The notes: generated by a model not told the origin, from the letters alone. DNA of 64,000 nt from Vitrella brassicaformis CCMP3155 (GCA_001179505.1 CDMY01000298.1:1-64000), one strand, 5' to 3'; counted from the stretch's first letter, positions 25,631-38,989 are shown. Numbers and translations: made by a program.

Positions 25631-25734
25631 TGGTGGAATGTGAGCTGTGGGACTATCAACCTGTCTATCGCTCGCTTCGCTTGATGTGCATCCTATCCTG
25701 TGGCCGCCAGACGCAGCACATGTTGGTTGAATGA
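25631..25734 (+). repeat. 104-bp direct repeat, copy 2
   Basis: See copy 1 at 20354-20457. Confidence 0.95.
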
Positions 25735-26339
25735 CTGCCTTTGTTGATTGATGAAGGTGCCCATCCATTTATCGAACCATCCACTGTCCCGCCGACGGCG
25801 GTGGACACACATCCCCTCCCCGCCCCGGGAACTCAGTCCAACACAACCAACCAATCGCAGGCAGCCCCTTCACGTGAGTAAGGCCCATCTGGTAGGAAAG
25901 GCCAACATGGATGCTGCCTGCCGCGCAACCGCACTCACACAGAGTGGACATGGCAGCACCAATCATTCCCACCGCACGATATATATATACACACACAACA
26001 GACAGACAGACAGACAGACAAGGTGAGGAAGAATGGCAGAATGAACACGCGCACGAGACACCTGGCTTGCCGACGGATATGTGGCAAGGAGAGTGACGAT
26101 GAATGGGCTCCACCACACGCACGCGTGTGTGCGCGAGAGTCCATTCGTCTGCCGCCCCCATCGTCACACCACTGCACACAGACGTCACTGGAAATGGACC
26201 ACACAGCCAGACCACCACACCCAATGTATATGCACTGCCCACCCCAGGCGGCCACCATCCGATGTGCCGTTCACAGAAACACCACAGAAGGGCAGAGAGC
26301 GATGAATAAAGGAATGGACGAGTAGGCAGGTGTAGGATG

Positions 26340-27802
26340 GATAAATATGCTTCAGGTCGTGCAAGGGAAGAGTTCCTGCAACAGACAAAAGAAAGGGATG
26401 GATGGACGGATGGATCCGTCTGTCGGTGTCCCCCTCCGCTCACCCGCAGGATGGCCGACACAGCCGTCTTGAATGTGCCATTGCGAACACGCGAGTAGGT
26501 ATCGTCTGCACAGCAACGCAATGCTGCTCTCGGGCGCCTCCACCCATCCAGCCCATCCATCCATCTCCTTACCGTTTTGTGCCTCGCCGTCGGGCGGCAC
26601 GGACAAGCACACCCATTTGCGGAAGAAGCGCTCCACACGTATGCTCCCAGACAACACCTGCTTCAACTCCTTGACCTTATCAAATCACGCAAGCCAGAGA
26701 ACCGTTCCCAGCAGACGTCCACACATCCACCCACCCACCCTTTGTCACCATTGTCATGTATTGGTGTGCATGCCTGACTGCCTGACCTGCTCATCGGACG
26801 GCTCGGTGTGGGCCTGTAGCTCGCCAAACCACTGCATCATGTTCGTCAGCACCGTCTCGTTGACCTGTCAGAGGACCACACAGTACGGAAGGCATCACTG
26901 GCACATGCATGTATTGGCGCGCATGCACTTGACCCGACTCACCGCGTTAAGAAGGCCCGCTGGAGGGCGCCCCAGGACGACGCCCGTCACCATCACCTCG
27001 TCATCGTCATGGTCATCGTCAGCCAAATCTATCACCTTCCGTGCCTCACCTTCCCCACCACCGGCATGACCAGCAGCTGCTGCTGCTGCCCCTGCTGATG
27101 CACCACGACCCCTCTCGACCTTCGGGCGCTTCGACGCCCCATCGCCGCCCGGCGGGCTGCCCCTCTTGTTCTGGTCCTTCTGCATCTGGTCCCGCGCCCA
27201 GCCCTCGATGACCCTGAGGGCAGAGCGGTCGGGGACGAGGTCGGCCTTAGTCAGTCGCTTGTCGCTGCTCGGGCTGCGGTCGCTCTGTCGATCAAAGCAA
27301 GAGGGAGAAGAGTTGCGGGGTGTGGTGTCGTGTGGTGTGGTGTGGTGTGTCCGTTGGTCGGTCACTGCCTGCCTGCCTGACCACTGCTTACGTGGTCGAG
27401 GTGGTCGCAGATGGCGTGGTACTCGTATGTGGTCTGAGAGGTGGGGCTCTGAACAGGCTGGCGGGGCACACCCAACGTGATGGGGCAGGTTGGCAAGAAC
27501 TCTGCACACAAACAAAGCCAGACAAGAGGGAAGACATCATCGCAGCCGCACAGACGTCATCAGACGCGGTGCGGCTGCGTACCTGGTACATCCTCCTCAC
27601 GCAGCCCATCAATGAACTCCCACACGTCATCGGGTAGCCTCGGGTACCTCACCGCCTCACCACCACCCGCAGCGCCACCATCAGCCTCTGCATCAGCCGC
27701 CGGTGCAAGTGGTTGAGCGCCGTTGGTGGACGAAGCGCCCTGGGCTCCCTGACCGCTCGGCCTAGTGCCCGCCGACGGACTGAAGCCAAAAAAGGGAAAC
27801 AT
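26340..27802 (-). CDS. U-box domain protein (putative E3 ligase); 3' end approximate
   Basis: Spliced CPITLGVPRQPVQSPTSQTTYEYHAICDHLDH..SPSSDKRLTKADLVPDRSALRVIEGW fits the U-box consensus. Confidence 0.7.
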
Positions 27803-28170
27803 CTGCACGCACCGCACCCATAGAGCAATGACTGACTCGCTGCCAGAGATTCGCGTGTTCCTATGGTCTTGCCTCGCCTCTTCACCCCCCGCGAGCGGTG
27901 TAGCCCCTTACCGATGAGCAGATTTCAGCAGTATGCGATGCGGGAGGCCATCAGCAGAGCGAGGAAAGCTTCAGCGACGTCGACACGCACTCCAGGGGTG
28001 GAGTGAGGTGCCCCCAGCAGGGTTGGGAAAGGCCTTTGCCAAGCTCGCATCTGTAAATTCCTGGAGGCGAAATCCAATGACGTGAGGAAACGCCCATCGT
28101 CGCCGCCATGACGACCACTGCTGCCTCCTCCCGGTATGGGCGGGGTCGTGGTGTTGGAGCCAGCCCCACC

Positions 28171-29772
28171 ATGGAGCCCGAGGCGACGGACGAGAAGTAT
28201 CGTCGGGTGGAGGTGGTGGGCGAGGGCACCTATGGCGTGGTGTGGCGTGCAGTAGAGCGGACGACGGGCGAGGTGGTGGCCATCAAGAAGATGCGTTTGG
28301 AGAGCGAGGAGGAGGGCGTGCCGGGGACGGCGGTGCGGGAGTGCAGCATTCTCATGGAGCTGCAGCACCCCGCCCTGGTCAATCTCAAGGAAGTCGTCGC
28401 CGGCGCCACCGCACAGATCTACCTAGTCTTCGAGTTCGTCGTAAGGACAGTCGACACACACGCATTGCATCGCATTGGTCTCTCCGTTGCAATGTGTGTG
28501 TGATGGGCCGACGTGTGTGGAGTGTTCAGGATTTGGATGTGAAGAAGTTGATGAAGGGTTTGGCGTCGGTGGGGATGCCGACCTACATGAGCGGCAAACT
28601 CCTCAAGAGCTACGCCAGACAGCTGCTCGAGGGCATGGCCTACTGCCACAAACGCAAAATCCTCCACCGGTCCGCACACAGACCAACACCAGACACACCC
28701 ACAAGGCCACAGCAGACGCATGATTGTGTTGTCTTGTCTTGTTTGGTGTGCTGTGGATGGATGCACAAACTTTGTGTGCAGCGATTTGAAGCCGCAGAAC
28801 CTGCTGATAGGTCGTTCGGGTGAGTTGAAGGTGGCCGACTTCGGTTTGGCGCGTGCGTTTGAGATGCCGGTGGACAACATCACCACCGAGGTCATCACAC
28901 TCTGGTACAGAGCACCCGAAATACTACTCGGCAAAGCGGTCAGCACACACACATATAAAAGTGGGGCCTGGGCTGCCCCGGCTGCCTTGACACACGCGTA
29001 CATTTGTGTGTGTCCATGTGTCCATGTCTGTGTTAGGTGTATTCGTTGGGTGTGGACATGTGGTCGGTGGGGTGCATCATCGCCGAGATGGCCCAGGGGA
29101 CGGCTCTCTTCCCGGGCGACTCCGAGATAGACACGCTCTTCAAAATATTCAAAACTCTAGGTGTGGTGGGTGAGGGCAGGGGAACCATGGCCAGGCCAGC
29201 CCGATGTCATCCTTTCCGTGTGTGCAGGTACCCCTGACGACCGTGTGTGGCCCGAGCTGGGCGAGGAGGGCAAGATCAAACACTGGAAGGTCTGATTGCC
29301 ATCCAACGACCAGCCATATACCTTCTCTCAGCGTGTCTCCCACTCTGTCTGCTGCTGCTGCTCGTGTGTTTTGTGGTCAGTTGACGTTTCCCAAGTGGCC
29401 TGCGTGTGGTCAGGATCGGCTGCGCGAGAAACTCACCAACATGGACACCCCCGGCGTTGACCTCATCTACAGGCAACACCACACACACACACATAGAGAC
29501 ACCACATCACGCAACACCCATTCCCCTCCATCCATCTGTTCATCAGGATGTTGCAGTACGACCCCCAGCAGCGCATCTCGGCGGCCGACGCCCTGGACCA
29601 CCCGTGGTTCAGCGACATGGCCGGTGGTGAGGACCCTCGTGTGGCCGACACGCTGCGTGCCGTCATGCACGCCATCGAGAAGGAGAAGCAGGCCAGGGCG
29701 GAGCGCGACAGACGCATGCGCGCTGCCAGGGCGGCCCGCGGAGGGGGCGGAGGGGGACAGCAGCACAGGTAG
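28171..29772 (+). CDS. Cyclin-dependent kinase (cdc2-related, PGTAVRE variant)
   Basis: [72 protein letters not shown]. Confidence 0.93.
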
Positions 29773-31082
29773 ATAGCTCAGAGACGAGAGAGGGGGCGAT
29801 GGATGGATGGATGGATGGATTGGGGGTAGCCGTAGACGGAGACAGACTGACAGACTGACAGATGGATCATGTGCGGGTGTTGGTGCGATGACGGTCTGCG
29901 TTTGCGTGCGTGCGTGCGTGTGTGGCTACTGGATGAATGATGGTTTGCCGTTCCGGATGACGATACATACGGCCAGGCACACAGACAGGAATTTCACTCG
30001 AGCAGATATCACAGCCAGCACACCTCCCCATAGCAGACCACAACAGCAACAGTCGGCTCGGTGCACCCCTCCCTCCCTCTATCTTATGGTACACACAGTG
30101 ACACTCAGTACGAAGCCCAAGTCATCGCATCCACGCGCCTCTCAAACACGAATCGTCTCTTGCTGTCCGTCCATCCATCCATCCATCCTCAGCGCTTATC
30201 GCACGACCGCCGTCACGGCAACATACACTTCAATGAAGTGTGCATTTTCGTATCGTCCCGTCCGGTCGGGCTATGAGCACTGAGGTGGACAAGGCTCACT
30301 GGAAGACGCAACGCAACGTGGGATTGTGTGTGTGTGTGTATCCGTGCCGTCATCTACGCGTACAGTGTTGTATTGTCGGCCAGGCAGCCAGCCGGCTGTT
30401 CCTGCCTTGCTCCCACCACAGACAGAAACGGAGAAACGCGAGAATCAATCAACCCTCACAATTCGCCGTCACCGTACGCAGTGGAAACAAGGCAGCAACA
30501 GTTGGGGCTTAGCCAAAGCAGCAAGTAACCCATCAACCAGGTAAGTGGGTATTACACATAAGAGGGTACAAGACACACAGGACAATACGAGACGACCAAC
30601 ACACGTGCTCTTGCTCTCTTCTGCCACCGTGCACTGTTTGCTGCCCGCCGCACCCACATCGGCCTCCCTCATGCCGGCACTCCACGTGTGTCGCATGACC
30701 ACTGGATCGGACAGGCATCAGACGTGAATCCCCGGCAACTTAGAGACCGATGTGTGCGCGGGAGCAGCAGATGGCCATACACACATACACACACTGCATT
30801 AGCACCCCCTTCGTGCGATCGGTCTCGTGTGTTACACATCCAGCCAGAAAGACGTCCGGACATACAAAGACGTGTCCATCCAATACATACGCACACATTC
30901 TCTCTGGGTGCGTGGCCGTGGCGGGGCGGGGCATCCGCGCGCTGCCGTGATAAAAGCGCTGCTGTGAAAATGGCCTGCCTGCCTGCCTGCCCGGAAATCA
31001 CGAAAAAGGCTTCCTCCGTCACTGGTTGACCCAAAAGTAACCCATCCATCCATCCATGTGTGTGTCATCCATGCCACGTATG

Positions 31083-33272
31083 TCAGAGGATCTGCCACTC
31101 ATCGCCGGCGTGCCCGCCCTCTAGCTCCGACCGCAATGTCTCCGTCTTGAGAGCAGACTGCACACACCACAAACAGGGGCGCACACACACATAAACATTG
31201 CTCGCGCATACGCCCCCACACACGGATCTCACCTGTATCCGGAAGTCAGGTCTCGGCGCGAACCAGGTGGTGACGTTGAGGAGCGTGCACTCATTGCCGA
31301 GGTTGGGGTCAAACCGGCACTCGTAGAATACCCCATTGTGGTGCAGCACATAGAGGTGGTTGGAGTGCGCACCGGCGAAGGCACACAGGGGCCCCACGAG
31401 CGAGGACATGTTGGGCAGCCGCACGTCGCTCGCCAGGTGGTCGGACGGGATGTGAAACTGCGCGAAGCTCCGGGCGGCGCTGAAGTAGCGAGGCAGCACA
31501 CCCTGACACCGAATTGAGACAAACAGATCAGAGAAAGATGACGACCGGTGTAGATGTGGTCGTGGTGTCTTGCGGATCTTGCCTGCCCACCTTGAGGACA
31601 TCCGAAACGACCTCGACGCCCGTGTTCATGACGGCCGTCACAGCGGCCGGCAGCGCCTCCCGCCCCATCTGCAGCGTCGAATTCAGACCCTGACCCGCAC
31701 CGCCACCCCAGTGACCCAAGCCGCCATACCCCGGGGAACCTGGCACGTTGCCACCCCCACCTCCACCTCCACTGACCCCTCCCGCTGCCCTCTCGCCCCC
31801 ACCACTGCCGGGAGGTGACCCTGGTGGCATGGCGTGCTGCATCGACGGTGACTCGCCGTTGCTGGTGGACATTGGCTGGGGCGGGTTGACGACTGGCGAG
31901 GGGGAGGGGGAGGGCGGGATGGGCATCGGCTGCCCAACACCGCCACCAACACCACCACCAACACCAGCACCGCCCTCCATCGATCCATCTGTCGAGGACG
32001 AGTGCGAGGGGTTCATGTATGGCGACGACTCCGCAGACGATGGGGGGTTGGGGATGGATGGGTTTGAGGGTCGGGGTAGCGATGCGATGTGGGTGTGTGG
32101 GGGCAGGGGCTGGGAGGGGTTTGGGTTGGAGGGGTTGACGACGAGCTTAAAAATGTGGATGGTGGGGGAGGAGGACGCCACGGCCAGGTACTGCGAGTCG
32201 GGCCGGAAGGAGAGGCAGCTGATCAGGCTGCTCTGGGTGCCGCGGCGCAGCTCGTGATACAGCTGCCCATCAGTGGCTGAGAACACGCGAACCACCGTAC
32301 CTGCCACATCGCACAGTACACAACACGTGATGTGATGTGATGTGATGTGTGTGTAAGTGCGTTTCCTCTCCTCTGGCGCACGGCACGGCACAGCCACTGA
32401 CCGGTCTCAGAGGCCGTGGCGATCAGTGATCCCTCCTGGTTGAAGGCGATGGCGGCGAGGGGCGTCTGGTGCGCCTGGAAGGCGTGGCTGCCGTTGTGTG
32501 GCGGCACGGCAGCCATCATGAGGGACGTCTGCCCACCGCCGATCTCCGGCGGCCCGTTCTGCACCCTCACCGCCCCACAGGCGACGGCGGGGCAGGCGAG
32601 TCGCCATGCGTTGGTGTGTGGGTCGGGCTGGGGAGCGATGGCGCAGAGGCCGCGGGGGTTGGCGCCCGTCTGGATGTGGTCGATCACTTGCAGAGGGTCA
32701 CACGCATACACATACACCTGTTGGTTGGTTGGCACACAGGACGCATCGTGTGGGGTTTGTGTTCGTGTTTGTGTTGCGTTGTCCGTCCGGTGCGTACAGC
32801 GTATTCGGTGACGAGTGCGATGATGTCCCGTGTGAGGCAGACGCCCTTGATCTCAGCGCGTGACCGCAGCTCGCCCACGAACTCGCCCTTCTGGTCGTCC
32901 CATATCTTGACCTTCCGCGGCTCACACGCACTCACGAGGGCAAAGATGTTGGTGCGGTACAGCATGCCCGCCAGGGCGATGGCCGGCGACTCACGCTGGT
33001 CGCGAGAATGACCCCGGTTCTGTAGACAAGTCAGACAGACAGACAGGCAAAGAGAGTGATGAAGGCGTGTGTTTTGGTGTGTGTGTGTGTGTGTGTGCGT
33101 GTGGCGTGTGGCTGCGAGTCACCCCTCCGTTGGTCTGCATGGCTCCATCTTCCCTCCTCGAGAACTCGTGGAGCGGCTCACACGTGTAGACTCGGAAGCC
33201 TCGCGTGGTGCCGCAGACGAAGCACGAGCTGTCCTGGTTGAAGGCGCACGACAACACGTAGCAGCTACTCAT
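31083..33272 (-). CDS. ATG18: ATG18/WIPI3-4-like PROPPIN beta-propeller
   Basis: [19 protein letters not shown]; [11 protein letters not shown]; KVKIWDD; [31 protein letters not shown]; ELRRG phosphoinositide motif; [11 protein letters not shown]. Confidence 0.92.
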
Positions 33273-33434
33273 CGATACCACCCACTCGAAGCCACCCGGA
33301 TGACGTTCTCCTCCTCTCGCCTCGCGACGCACTTATCCACAGGACGGTCACTACTCTGTGGCGGACAGACTATGAGAAGCCAGATATTCGATGGACGAGC
33401 AGCGCTTGGCTCGTCAGTTTTCCTTTCCCTTCCA

Positions 33435-33444
33435 CTGCGAGCTT
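33435..33444 (-). promoter_or_regulatory. AAGCTCGCAG candidate motif in the ATG18/PHB1 divergent promoter
   Basis: CTGCGAGCTT on +. Confidence 0.4.
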
Positions 33445-33590
33445 CTCATCAGGCGACAGATCTGGCGGTTCGGCACATGCTTGCCGCTTGACGCCAGGCG
33501 CCCTCAGTGGCCTGTCAACGGGGGGCTGCAGCAACGATTCGTTCCCGGTGCATCCGCCACGCGTGAGTGGTTGAGAAGGGTGGTTGTGTG

Positions 33591-34742
33591 ATGGCTGAGA
33601 AGGTGCTGACGAACACTGCGCGGCTGGGGCTGGCGGCAGGGAGCCTCGGACTGATCCCTTACTTTTGTCTGTATAATGGTAGGTACAAGATGTACAAGAG
33701 ACAGACAGACAGATCTGGCTACAACAGGCGACCTCATCCTTGTGCGTGTGTGAGTGCAGTTGATGGTGGTGAGCGGTGTGTCATGTTCAACCGGTTCGGT
33801 GGTGTGTCCAACAAAGTGACCGGCGAGGGCACTCACTTCAAAATACCGTGGTTCCAGGTGAGCGACCCACATGCAGTGCAGACCGCCCTGTGGCTTCCTG
33901 TCGGCGAGCGTGATCTCCTTGTCTGTCGGTGTCTGTGGTTCAGGTGCCGTTCATCTATGACATCAGAGTGCGACCGAAGGTCATCTCGACCACCACTGGA
34001 ACAAAGGGTGAGCTGGCCACACTGCAGTGATGCACGGCGTCAGTCCTCTGAATGTGTGTGTGTGTGTGTGTGTGCAGATCTGCAGACGGTCAGCTTGAGT
34101 CTGAGGCTGCTCTTCCGCCCTCTTGTTGGTCAGCCACGCAGCAACACAGCACACCCATCCCGTCTGCATGTGATCACATCCGCCCCGCTGCGTGCCCATC
34201 TCCCTCAGACCGTCTGCCCGTGCTGCACAAGACGCTCGGCCCCGACTATGACGAGCGTGTGCTCCTCTCCATCGGCAATGAGATCCTCAAGGCTGTCGTG
34301 GTACGCAGCGCAGCCATCCATCCTTGCACAGACCAACCACACAAAGCCGCCTGTTACGTGCGTCAACGTGCATTGGTGTGTGCGTGTGTGTGTGTGTGTG
34401 TGGTCGCACTGCTGCACTGCTGCACTGCAGGCTCAGTACAATGCGGAGTCTCTGCTGACTCAGCGAGACAAGGTCTCCCGCGACGTGCGTGACGCCATCA
34501 CCGAGAGAGCCAAGGCTTTTGACATCATCCTCGACGACGTCGCTATCGTGAGCAGACAAACACACGGGCAGCCAAGCTGCCATGAGCATCAATCAATTGT
34601 GTGTGTCTGGTGTGGTGTATGCAGACCCACCTGAGTTACGGCAAGGAGTTTTCAAAGGCCATCGAGGAGAAACAAGTTGGTGAGTGACGGCGTCCTTTGA
34701 TTCCTTTGATATGGTCCCACACATCTCACCCTCTCTCTGTGT

Positions 34743-34775
<33 letters not shown>

Positions 34776-35249
34776 CAGCTGAGCAGGAGGCGGAGCGCGT
34801 CAAGTTCATCGTGGCCAAGGCCGAGCAGGAGAGACTTGCGGCCGTCGTCAGGGCAGAGGGAGAGGCAGAGGCTGCAGAAATGGTACGCACCACAATCATC
34901 ACTGACTGACTGACACACCCATGTTGGTCATTTCTCTCTGTGACCCTGTGCTGTGTGCGTTGTGTGTGCAGATATCGAAGGCTCTGAAGGAGCACGGTAC
35001 GGGTCTGATTGAGGTGCGACGGATCGACACCGCAAAGGACATCGCAGAGACACTCGCCAAATCAAGAAACGTCATGTAAGCGGCACACACCACATATACC
35101 TCCCACAAATGCACTACGTGTCGACCACCGCCGTCATGTGTGGCGTGTCATGTGTTGTCTTGTCTTGTGTTAGGTACGTGCCGAGCGGTCAGAACATCCT
35201 CTTCAACCTCGGGATGCCCGGCGGTGGCGGCGGCGGCCAGGCATCGTAA
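33591..35249 (+). CDS. PHB1: Prohibitin 1
   Basis: [25 protein letters not shown]; [22 protein letters not shown]; [31 protein letters not shown]; RAEGEAEAA. Confidence 0.93.
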
Positions 35250-36233
35250 CCCTCTTCCGCTCTTCTCTCTTCATCACATTCTGTAGCCGCTTGCTTTGTT
35301 CCTCCATTGGAGGAACAACCTCTGCTGTCTGCTGCGTGCTGGATGTGTGTGTCGATGGCGAGCCTTTCTTTCGTCGTTTGCCACACGGCCTTTCTCGCCC
35401 CTCGTGCCTGACGTGATGCCCATTGATATTTCAACACCACCGATGCGACGCCATGCGATGCTTTCCGCCGTTTGCGGCCGTCATGTGTCGTGTCGTGTGT
35501 CTCTGCGAGTGAGCTTCGAGTGTGCGAGGAGTTTCTGGGTTGGTGGTCGTTCGTTCCCTGATTGAGTGATTTAAGCCCCTCACTGGCCTCCCGCTTTCTC
35601 GATCTCCTGCTCTTGCTCGCCGCGTGGCTGTCCCATCTGAGCATCAGCCCGAGCCACATGCACGGTCCGGGTGGTGATCAGATGGGGCAGTGCCACCGCG
35701 AGCCGCAGCAGGTTTCTTGAGAGAAGGGAGGTGAGGGATCGCACCGTGACGACTCAGTCGGTGATGTTGAAGATATACTATGACTGCGGGCGCTCATTCA
35801 GAAGACAAATCACATTCATTCAATCGAAAAAGGAAACAAACGGTACCACTCATTTCATTGACTCACACGGGACGGGACGGGACACACACAGCCATGCGGA
35901 CACACACGGCCATGTTCTTTCTTGTCAATCCATCCGCCTGTCTGTCTAGTCGCATCACATCCGTCCATCCGTCTGTCTGTACACGCGTCCCTCAATCCAT
36001 CCCTCCATCCAGCGTTCCGATCAATGGAATGAATGGTGGAGGGAGGGACATACACACATACATAGAGAACAACACATGTATGTATGTATGTATGTCAGCT
36101 AGGATACAGACCGCCCCCTGCCTATCTCTAGATAGATGTAGCAGGCAGCAGCAACACATCCATCCATCCATCGGGGCCGATCGGCCGGCCGGTCGGTCGG
36201 TCGGTCGGTCGGTGGATCGCGCAATCGATCAGC

Positions 36234-37455
36234 TCAGCACGCACACGAGCCGGTGGACCAGCTGGAGGCCTTCTGGTTGCTCGATACCTGACGCACATCA
36301 TACATAAGAGGTCTTCATTGATTGACTCCCATGCCATGTGGAAGCGTGTGAGTGCAGTGCAGTGCCTGACCTGAAAGCCGCCAGCGTCAGAGTCCTGGGA
36401 CTTCTTGGGCAACTTGCGCGCTGCAATGCACAGAGGGACAAAGAAACGCAGTGAGCGAGGAAGGCTCCACAGAGCAGACTGTCTGTGTTGTGTTGAGTGT
36501 TCATCGCATCGAGCGACCGACCCCACGGACAGACCTATTTCGTCAAAAAGCTCCCTCACGCCCTCGCCTGTCTTGGCTGACGTCTCCTGAGAGAGATGAA
36601 GGAAACAACACAACACAACACCAGATGCGTCCATCCATCCATCCATCCGTCCCTCCCTGACTCATCAGCTGACCTTGAACAGCAGGGCGTTGTCTTCTGC
36701 ATACCCCTCGGCCAGCTCGGTGCTCACACACCTGCTGGCCTCCAAATCTATCTTGTTGCCTGTCAACGCTGGTGGATTGACACAGACATTCCGTGCAGTG
36801 AATTCCCTGCCTGTCTGTCTGTCTGTCTGGGAGTGTAGGATACGATTGGCATGCCAATCAACGTCATACATACCGATGACGACATCTGATGGGAGCACGG
36901 CTTTGAGTTCGTTGATCCATGACTTTGCGCCGTCGAACGACTCCTTGTTGGTGATGTCATACACCACCACCGCCGCCGCCGCCCCGCGGTAGTACATGGG
37001 CGCCAAACTGCGGTACCTCTCCTGACTGCACCAACCAACAAACCATCAACACAATTAACAAAACAACGCATGCAGGGCGGGAGTGCAACACGCGCTGGCG
37101 GCATTTCTGCGGCCTCTGCCTGCCTGCCTGCCGCCCGCTGGCCTTGCGTACCCTACCCTGCAGTGTCCCATATCTCGAACTTGACTATCTCGTCACCCAA
37201 CGTCACTGACTGAGTCATGAAGGCAGCTGCACACAGAGAAAGCAAATCATGGAGAACGCACAGCATACATAGTGTGTATGCATCTCTCCTCCTTTGCCTC
37301 TGTATACTCATCTCACCTCCGATGGTCGGTTCTTGATACTCATAGAATTCGTCCTTGGCGAACCGCACCACCAAGCAACTCTTGCCCACTGACGCATCTC
37401 CCAGCAGCACCAGCTTGTAGTGCACCGTCTTGGGCAGCGGCGACGACGCATCCAT
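36234..37455 (-). CDS. RAB5C: Rab5 family GTPase, most like apicomplexan Rab5C; CxC prenylation end (GSCAC*)
   Basis: [39 protein letters not shown]; [19 protein letters not shown]; GNKID; ETSAKTG. Confidence 0.9.
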
Positions 37456-37766
37456 GCCCTCACTGCACAGCTACAACCAGCGCGACGCAGCCCACTTCTC
37501 CGCTCTGCTCAAAAACTTAACAACTCCGATGGCGGCAGCTTGAAGCCGACCGTGTGGTCCTTTCCTCCTCCCTCTTTGCGCGCTCACACACGAGCTTGCC
37601 TTTTTCCGGGGATCCAAACACAGGCTGGGCTGTCGGTTTCCAGGCCCTTAGATGTAGATCTGATGATCAAGAAAGTCGCACTCAAGATGGTGCGACACTT
37701 CAGCTCAGCCGATGAGTCAACAGGCCACAGTGAGGTGACTGGCGGCTAGTTGGGACTTAACTAACG

Positions 37767-38989
37767 ATGGACACACTGACGGTGTTCTGCTCCGCCTGTG
37801 GGGCGCTGAGCAGTGGTGTTGAAGGCACATCCAGTCGCTGCCCTGCCAATGGTGGGTGAGCTGGCACATCAAGCAGAGAGAACAGGCAGAGTGTTGTCTG
37901 TGTCAACTAACTTGTGTGTGGTGCAGGTGGCGGTGATCATGAATTCACGCTGGCCACCAGCGGTGACCGAGCCTTCAAGGATAACTATGGTGACCTGCCT
38001 ATGCGCGAGGCGCCCTTCTCCTTGGAAGACATCATCATACGTACGTCAGCCGCACAAACGAATCTCGCCCAGCCCACAAGCATTGATCGATGCGATGCAT
38101 GGGTTTGTGTTGGGCTGTCCGCCTCTGCCTGTGTGCCTCTCTCTCCTCAGGCACGGCCTCCCCCCATGTGTCGCCAGCAGGCCATGCCCTCGTTCCGCCC
38201 GAGATGCACACACAGGAGCAGCAGCAGCAAACCGAAGACCAGCAGATGCCGCCCTTCAAGAGTGACTCGTTTGCGCAGACCTCACCCAGCAGGCAGCTGC
38301 CAGACCCCTTCGAGTTGGAGGCCCCGCCGCCCCCGCCTCCCGCATTCCCCTCGGTGCCCACCAAGAAGCGCGTCAAACGCTTCGCCGATCTGAGCGACGA
38401 GCGGCTGCTGCACACGGTGGCTGGGGCTGACGAGGAGGCGGAGGGTGCCGAGGACACACCGACCATGCGCAGCGTGCTCGACAAGCTGCGGCACCTGACG
38501 GTCGACCAGATCGTCACGCGCATGCAGTCGCTCAAGGGCAAGAGAGGCAGTGGGGTGGCCTCCCCCGATGTCCTCGTCAATGTCCTGCGGCTCATCAGCT
38601 CTTCTGTCGAGGGCCATGACGCACCTGCACCTGCACCTGCTCGTGGGCCAAGGGCGGCGCGCAAGGCTGCCCCGGCACCTTCGCCAGCGCAGCCGACAGC
38701 ACGCAGCGGCCGGGGAGGAGGGAGTCAGCGGCCACGCGGCCGGAAGAGTGGCACTGGTGGCAGAGTGAGGGGCGACTCGGACGAGCCGATGCTGCCTGTG
38801 GGGCTGGTGGATGACGTAGAGGTGGACAAAGAGGAGGACAAGATGCCTCGTCAGCCTGCTGTGGAGACCGAGAGGCGACCACAGGAACTGCCTGAGGATG
38901 TGAGCACATAAACAAACCATACCCAGAGAGAGAAAGGGTGCCGTCCGATGACCTGCGTGTATGTGTGTGTGTGTGTGTGTGTGTTCTCT

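Noticed and set aside
36173-36218. Palindromic GGCCGATCGGCCGGCC / (GGTC)n stretch
   Set aside because: Short low-complexity repeat in the Rab5 3' region; no further structure.
9441-37455. Apparent functional clustering of endolysosomal/autophagy genes (M6PR/ATG27-like, ATG18, Rab5C)
   Set aside because: They are separated by unrelated genes over 28 kb; compatible with chance.
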